From the NCBI GenBank assembly GCA_002269645.1, contig NIVC01004595.1:1-41039 (forward strand): DNA of 41,039 nucleotides, given 5' to 3'. This DNA comes from Macrostomum lignano (taxonomy: Eukaryota). The notes under the pieces are model-generated. The model searched no databases, was not told where the DNA came from, and saw nothing but the letters and a program-made list of their open reading frames with translations. This document shows positions 34,377-41,039 of the stretch, in pieces (within the stretch, counting starts at the first letter, position 1; the number at the start of each line of letters is the position of its first letter). Position numbers and translations under genes: made by a program.

Positions 34377-35275
34377 TATATACTAAAGTTGACGTGTTGT
34401 TTGTCTGTCTGTCTGTCATTTCGACAACTCCTCCTTGAATAGTGGCAACTCAGCGTTGAAACTTATATGGGAAGATTGGAAATTATCCGAGGTCGGCTAT
34501 AGGCTATTTTAATTCTGAAATTTTAATTTCTAAGATCCTCAAAAAAGCAGAAAACGGCGGTCTTGACCTTTGATAATCTTAATTGTCCCCTCTTTCTGCT
34601 TGGAGCTGAAAATTTGCATGAATTTCAAGTGATTGCGCCACAACTTTTCCCTATCTCTGCAGTGTATTTTCTCTCCAGTGGGGGATGGGGCGTTCTAAAT
34701 GGCTGCATGTGTACAATCGGACCCTGGCTCACCGGCTGACTGTATAGACAATTGCGCAAAGATTTGTGTTCTAATTTTCAATAGGCAGCCCTGTGTTTTG
34801 TTGAACCTTGAAATTCAATGCATAAACTTGCGGGCCTCTTTAGCAGGCAGTGAACGTACAATTGATATTTCAATGCTTTAAATCAGAAAGTTTCAAACGC
34901 AAACTGTTGCTCGAGTTTTTAACTTTGAGAGAAAAAATTAATATTGCTGGAAAGAACTTGCAAAGCTGATTTCAGGGATGTAAATTGTTTGCTTTAAATA
35001 TGAAAATAAAAAGCACAGCATTGAAAAAAACTATTTCCATACTTTTAACTTTCTGCAAAAATTGTACTCAGTTTTGCGAGACGTAATAGATAAAGTTGGG
35101 GGGGAGAGTTCAACTTCTCACTGCTGCTGTGTATTGGAGGGTTGATTTAGATTGCGCAATGTTTTTCTTAACTTTAACTGAGACTGATACTGACTGACTG
35201 AGAAATCGGTTGCGCAATCAATTGATTCAATTGGTTCAATTTTTTATTTGGACACGCAGCTGTGTGTAGCTCTAA

Positions 35276-35305
35276 CCCTGACCCTAACCCTAACAATAAC
35301 CCTAA
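35276..35305 (-). repeat. Interstitial degenerate telomere-like tract
   Basis: CCCTGA (CCCTAA)2 CAATAA CCCTAA. Confidence 0.8.
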
Positions 35306-35514
35306 CCAATGAATCCTGATATTTTATTCCTTTTTGACGGAGAAAATTTCAATTGAGTCCAGTTTAAAAGAGATAATTTCGATGGTTTTCAGTTTCACGG
35401 AAAGGATTTCGAAGGAGTCCAGTTTCACGGAGAGGATTTCGATGGTTTTCAGTTGCACGGACAGGATTTCTGCTTCGCGGAGAGGATCTTGATGGATTTG
35501 GCATCATCAATCAG

Positions 35515-36520
35515 TCAGAGAAAAGAGTAAAGAGAAGAATGAAAGCAGAAGAGAGATGAGATGATAGAAAACAGAGTAGAAATAAGTGGAGATATTAGAC
35601 ATGACAGATTGGAGAGAAGAGGGGATTTAGGCGGGAACGAAGAGGGAGAGAGAAGAAAAGAGGAGAGAGGAGAGAAAATAGATTAGGGATAAGAGCGTAC
35701 AGAGAAAATAGAAGAGAGGGGAGAGTAGAGGAGAAAGAAAGAGTGAGATGAGGGATGAGGGATGAGAGAGGAGGGGAGACAGGAGAGACAAGAAAGGAGA
35801 AAAGAGGGGAGAAAGGAGAAAGGAGAGAGTAGAGACGAAGGACCAGTTAGAAGATATAAATACGGTAGTAGAGATGAGAGGAGAGATAGGAGAGAGAAGC
35901 GAGAGAAGAAGCGAGAGGAGAAGAGAAAGAGGAGAGAGGAGAGAGATGAAATAGATAAGAGAGTTAAGAGAGGAAAGTAGTGAGGAGAGGAGAGATGAGA
36001 GATGCGATGATAAGAGATGAGTGAGAACATAAGAGAGAAGAGAGAAGAGATTAGAGAAGAGAGGGGAGAAGATAAAAGGAGCAAGGGGAGGAGAAAAGAG
36101 AGAATGGAGAGGATAGAAAAGAGAGAAGAGAAGAGACAGGGAAAAGTGGAAAGGAGGAAAGAAAGATTGGAGACAAGTAAGTGGAGTGTGAGAGCGTATA
36201 TGAGATATGAGAAATGAGAGCAGAGAGGAAAGAAAAGAGAAGAGAGAGAGGGTTAAGAGAGACGATAGATAAGTGAATAGGGATGACATATAAAAGAGGA
36301 GAGAAGAGGGAGAGATAAGAGAGAAGAGAGAAGACAGGAGACAGAAGTGAAGAGGAGAGATATGAGAGAAGAGAGGAGACAAGAGACAGGAGAGGGTACA
36401 GACGAAAGACGAGGGAGAAAACATAAATAAGGGAGTACGGGTAGAGATGAGATGAGAGAGAGGAGAGAGAAGAGAGTCACGATAATAGCACAGAGTGGAG
36501 AGAGTAGATATGAGAGACGT
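35515..36520 (+). repeat. Polypurine GA-rich low-complexity tract
   Basis: As above; homologous tracts at ~33632-34240, 37840-38870 and 39655-40620. Confidence 0.9.
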
Positions 36521-36685
36521 GAGAGTCTTTGAGCTATAATCTTTGAAAGGTTTTCTAAAGAATTTGGAGACGATTTGGAAGATAGGGTTCAAGACATGGA
36601 ATTTCAGTTGATGGATATTTCAGGGAATGGAATTCCGGTGATGGGAGTTCTTCCCCTTTCTCCTCCGAAGGAGGAGTTCCACTCG

Positions 36686-39034
36686 TCTATCTCTATACTA
36701 AAGTTGACGCGTTGTTTGTGTGTTTGTTTGTCTGTTGCATAACTCCTCCTAGAATACTTGCAACTCAGCGTTGAAACTTATATGGAAAACTGAAAATTTT
36801 CTGAGGATGGCTTTAGGCTATTTTAAAATTTCATTTTTACATTTTAAGATCCCTAAAAAAGCAGAAAATGGTGGTCTTGACCTTTGATAATCTTAATTGT
36901 CCCCTCTTTCTGTTTGGAGCTAAAAATTTGCATAAATTTTGAGTGATTGCGCTACAACTGTCTCCTATCTCTACAGTGTATTTTCTCTCCAGTGGGGGAT
37001 GGTCGCATTCTCAGTGGCTGCGTGTGTACAATCGGACCCTAGCTCACTGGCTGATTGTATAGATAGACAATTGCGCAACGATATGTGTTCTGATTTTCAA
37101 TAGGCTGCCCTGTGTAGTTTTGGACAGTGAAATTCAATGAATAAACTTGCGAGCCTCCCTCTGCTGCAGGCAGTGAACGTACACTCGATATTTCAATGCT
37201 TTAAATCAGAAAGTTTCAAACGCTAACTGTTGCTCGATTTTTGAACTTTGAGAGACGAGACTTTTATTGCTGGAAAGAGCTTGCAGCGCTGAGTTCGGGG
37301 ATATAAGTTGTTTTGCTTTAAATATGATAATAACTAAAAATACGGCATTCAAAAAACGATTTCCATACTTTTGCAAAGATTGTACTTATTTTCGACAGGT
37401 CAGAGATAAAGTTGGGGGGTTCAACGTCTACTTGCCACTGCGTATTGGAAGGGGGGCGTCGCTGTGTATTGGATGGTTGATTTAAATTGCGCAATCATTT
37501 TGTTAACTTGAACTCAGACTGATACTGACTTATTGAGAAATCGATTGCGCAATCTGTTGCTTCAATTAGTTCAATTTTTTATTATCGCTGCTTTCAACAC
37601 GCAGCTGTGTGTAGCTCTAACCCTAACCCTAACCCTAACCCTAGCCACTGAATCCTGAGAGTTGAGTTCTGTCTGACGAAGTAAATTTCGATTGAGTCCA
37701 GTTTAAAAGAGATCATTTCGATGGTGTTCAGTTTCACGGAGAGTGTTTCCGTTTCGCGGAGAGTATTTCGATTGTTTTCAGTTGCACAGACAGATTTCTG
37801 CTTCGTGGAGAGGATCTTGATGGATTTGGCATCTTCAATCAGTCAGAGAAGAGAGTAAAGAGAAAAATGAAAAGAGTAGAAAGATGAGTGGGTAGAAAAC
37901 AGAGTAGAAATGAGTGGAGAGATTAGACATGACAGATGGGAGAGAAGAGGGAGTAAGGCGGGAACGAAGAGGGAGAGAGAAGAGAAGAGGAGAGAGGAGA
38001 TGAGAGGGGAGATATGAGATAGCAAAGGGAGACAAGAGAGATAATAGGAGAGAGAATAGATGAGGGATAAGAGCGTACAGTGGAAATAAAGAGAAAGGAG
38101 AGTAGAGGAGAAAGAAAGAGTGAGATGAGGGATGAGAATGAGAGAGGAGGGAGAGAGAAGAGAGGAGAAAAGAGGGAGAGAAAGGACACAGGAGAGAGTA
38201 GAGACGAAAACCAGGGAGAAGATATAAAAAGGTAGTAGAGATGAGAGGAGAGAGAGGAGAGAGAAGCGAAAGGAAAGAGAGAGAGAGAGAGAGAAAGATG
38301 AAAGATGAGAGATGAGAGAGTTAAGAGAGGAAAGTAGTGAGGAGAGGAGAGATGAGAGATGCGATGAGAAGATATGAGTGAGTACATGAGAGAACAGATT
38401 AGAGATTAGAGAAGAGAGGGAAGAAGATAAAAGGAGCAAGGAGAGGAGAAAAGATACAATGGAGAGGATAGAAAAGAGAGAAGAGAAGAGACATGGGATA
38501 GTGGAAAGGAGGAAAGACAGATGAAAGATAAGAAGTAGAGTGTGAGAGCGTATATGAGATATGAGATATGAGAGCAGAGAGGAGATAAAAGAGAAGAGAG
38601 AGAGGGTTAAGAGAGACGATAGACAAGTGAGTAGAGATGACATATGAGAGAGGAGAGAAAAGGGAGAGATAAGAGAGAAGAGAGGAGACAGGAGACAGAA
38701 GTGAAGAGGAGAGATATGAGAGAAGAGAGGGACAAGAGAAGAGAGGGTACAGACGAAAGACGAGGGAGAAGAGATAAATAAGAGAGTAGGGTAGAGATTA
38801 GATGAGAGAGAGGCGAGAGAAGAGAGTCACGATAATAGCGAAGAGAGGAGAGAGGAGATATGAGAGACGTGAGAGTCTTTGAGCTATGGTCTTTGAAAGG
38901 TTTGTAAAGAATTTGGAGACGATTTGGAAGATAGGGTTCAAGACATGGAATTTAAGTTGATGGATATTTCAGGGAATAGAATTCCGGTGATGGGAGTTCT
39001 TCCCCTTTCTCCTCCGAAGGAGGAGTTCCACTCG
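36686..39034 (+). mobile_element. Non-autonomous Helitron unit (2349 bp)
   Basis: TCTATCTCTATACTAAAG start; hairpin 39009-39025; CTCG. Confidence 0.8.
37621..37644 (-). repeat. Interstitial telomere-like tract
   Basis: (CCCTAA)3 CCCTAG. Confidence 0.85.
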
Positions 39035-40783
39035 TCTATTATACTAAAGTTGACGCGTTGTTTGTCTGTCTGTCTGTCTGTGTGTGTGTGTGTCATTTCG
39101 ACAACTCCTCCTTGAAATAGTGGCAACTCAGCGTTGAAACTTATATGGAAGATTGGAAATTATCCGAGGTCGGCTATAGGCTATTTTAATTCTGAAATTT
39201 TAATTTCTAAGATCCTCAAAAAAGCAGAAAACGGCGGTCTGACCTTTGATAATCTTAATTGTCCCCTCTTTCTGCTTGGAGCTGAAAATTTGCATGAATT
39301 TTAAGTGATTGCGCCATAAAATTTTGCTACCTTGGCAGTGTATTTTCTCTCCAGTGGGGGATGGGGCGTTCTAAATGGCTGCATGTGTACAATCGGACCC
39401 TGGCTCACCGGCTGACTTTATAGACAATTGCGCAAAGATTTGTGTTCTAATTTTCAATAGGCAGCCCTGTGTTTTGTTGAACCTTGAAATTCAATGCATA
39501 AACTTGCGGGCCTCTTTAGCAGGCAGTGAACGTACAATTGATATTTCAATGCTTTAAATCAGAAAGTTTCAAACGCAAACTGTTGCTCGAGTTTTTAACT
39601 TTGAGAGAAAAAATTAATCAAGAGGATCTTGATGGATTTGGCATCATCAATCAGTCAGAGAAAAGAGTAAAGAGAAGAATGAAAGCAGAAGAGAGATGAG
39701 ATGATAGAAAACAGAGTAGAAATAAGTGGAGATATTAGACATGACAGATTGGAGAGAAGAGGGGATTTAGGCGGGAACGAAGAGGGAGAGAGAAGAAAGA
39801 GGAGAGAGGAGAGAAAATAGATTAGGGATAAGAGCGTACAGAGAAAATAGAAGAGAGGGGAGAGTAGAGGAGAAAGAAAGAGTGAGATGAGGGGATGAGG
39901 GATGAGAGAGGAGGGGAGACAGGAGAGACAAGAAAGGAGAAAGAGGGGAGAAAGGAGAAAGGAGAGAGTAGAGACGAAGGACCAGTTAGAAGATATAAAT
40001 ACGGTAGTAGAGATGAGAGGAGAGATAGGAGAGAGAAGCGAGAGAAGAAGCGAGAGGAGAAGAGAAAGAGGAGAGAGGAGAGAGATGAAATAGATAGAGA
40101 GTTAAGAGAGGAAAGTAGTGAGGAGAGGAGAGATGAGAGATGCGATGATAAGAGATGAGTGAGAACATAAGAGAGAAGAGAGAAGAGATTAGAGAAGAGA
40201 GGGGAGAAGATAAAAGGAGCAAGGGGAGGAGAAAAGAGAGAATGGAGAGGATAGAAAAGAGAGAAGAGAAGAGACAGGGAAAAGTGGAAAGAGGAAAGAA
40301 AGATTGGAGACAAGTAAGTGGAGTGTGAGAGCGTATATGAGATATGAGAAATGAGAGCAGAGAGGAAAGAAAAGAGAAGAGAGAGAGGGTTAAGAGAGAC
40401 GATATATAAGTGAATAGGGATGACATATAAAAGAGGAGAGAAGAGGGAGAGATAAGAGATAGAGAGAAGAGAGGAGACAAGAGACAGGAGAGGGTACAGA
40501 CGAAAGACGAGGGAGAAAACATAAATAAGGAGTACGGGTAGAGATGAGATGAGAGAGGAGAGAGAGAAGAGAGTCACGATAATAGCACAGAGTGGAGAGA
40601 GTAGATATGAGAGACGTGAGAGTCTTTGAGCTATGGTCTTTGAAAGGTTTTCTAAAGAATTTGGAGACGATTTGGAAGATAGGGTTCAAGACATGGAATT
40701 TCAGTTGATGGATATTTCAGGGAATGGAATTCCGGTGATGGGAGTCCTTCCCCTTTCTCCTCCGAAGGAGGAGTTTCCACTCT
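39035..40783 (+). mobile_element. Non-autonomous Helitron unit (1749 bp, internal deletion)
   Basis: TCTATTATACTAAAG start; ~540 bp missing at ~39619; hairpin 40757-40773; end CTCT. Confidence 0.8.
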
Positions 40784-40980
40784 CTTAATACTAAAAGTGG
40801 CTGCGCTGTTTGTTTGTCTGTATGTGTGTTGCAATTTTTCTCCTAGACTACTGACAAGTCAGCGTTAAAACTTATATGGGAAAACTGCAAATTTTCCGGA
40901 TTGGGTTTATAGCTATTTTAATCTTTAGGTTTTATATTTTAAGATCCCTAAAAAAGCAGAAAACTGATTTCCTAACCTTC
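40784..40980 (+). mobile_element. Diverged, truncated 5' fragment of a further unit
   Basis: CTTAATACTAAAAG, GTTT/GT microsatellite, AAGATCCCTAAAAAAGCAGAAAA; similarity is lost after ~40980. Confidence 0.65.
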
Positions 40981-41039
40981 TTTGGCCCTTCTGTGGCCAC
41001 TCCTGCCTCTCCATTGGAGGGGTTGCAGTCTGTTTGTAA

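Larger units (their letters stand above)
34377..36685 (+). mobile_element. Non-autonomous Helitron unit (2309 bp)
   Basis: Family 5' end; hairpin 36660-36676; CTCG; very similar to 21544-23847. Confidence 0.8.

Noticed and set aside
1499-37644. True telomere or chromosome end
   Set aside because: Tracts are only 2-5 repeats long and embedded internally; there is no long terminal array in the window.
631-39557. Recurring 60-110 aa ORFs in the unit 5' arms and across junctions (MTFDNLNCPLF.., MVFERFCKEFGDD.., MRNCLYSQP..)
   Set aside because: They recur only because the DNA is repeated. Stops and indels differ among copies, several span the element junction, and I recognise no domain.
146-40689. 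Dozens of minus-strand Leu/Ser/Phe/Ile-rich ORFs (up to 321 aa) and plus-strand Arg/Glu-rich ORFs over the GA tracts
   Set aside because: They are translations of polypurine/polypyrimidine low-complexity DNA, which lacks stop codons by composition. Frames and lengths are not conserved between homologous units.
533-40783. Regularly recurring palindromic motif resembling a CRISPR repeat or rho-independent terminator
   Set aside because: Spacing is 1-9 kb with homologous rather than unique spacers, the context is spliceosomal-intron eukaryotic DNA, and the position fits a Helitron 3' hairpin.
1-41039. Naming the host species (GC-rich exons with short AT-rich introns and TTAGGG suggest an invertebrate such as a flatworm)
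   Set aside because: Cannot be established without a database search; composition alone is not diagnostic.

Overview
Eukaryotic (probably metazoan, TTAGGG-type) repeat DNA; I see no recognisable host gene. Almost the whole window is one co-oriented, head-to-tail array of a single Helitron (rolling-circle transposon) family. Seventeen junctions share the same form: a stem-loop (mostly CTCCTCC-nnn-GGAGGAG), about 5 nt, CTCG (CTCT twice), then (TC)TATATACTAAAG and a GTCT/GT microsatellite. They delimit 15 complete non-autonomous units of 1.1-2.8 kb, two partial units and one 9.1-kb autonomous-type unit (1780-10875). That unit encodes a 9-exon, ~1,590-aa Rep/PIF1-helicase (RepHel): N-terminal 23-aa STPR-like repeats, a Zn-knuckle, HUH motifs with a GC-AG intron inside motif 2, and a PIF1 helicase. 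The reading frame has three 1-nt deletions, all in short base runs (possibly sequencing errors), and one unresolved splice junction with an in-frame TGA. Non-autonomous units carry TTGCGCAA palindromes, one short (CCCTAA)n tract, 20-32 bp minisatellites and usually a long polypurine (GA) tract. Neighbouring units are divergent mosaics, which suggests the array grew by repeated self-targeted insertion and/or recombination rather than one rolling-circle event. All alignments and splice calls were made by eye.
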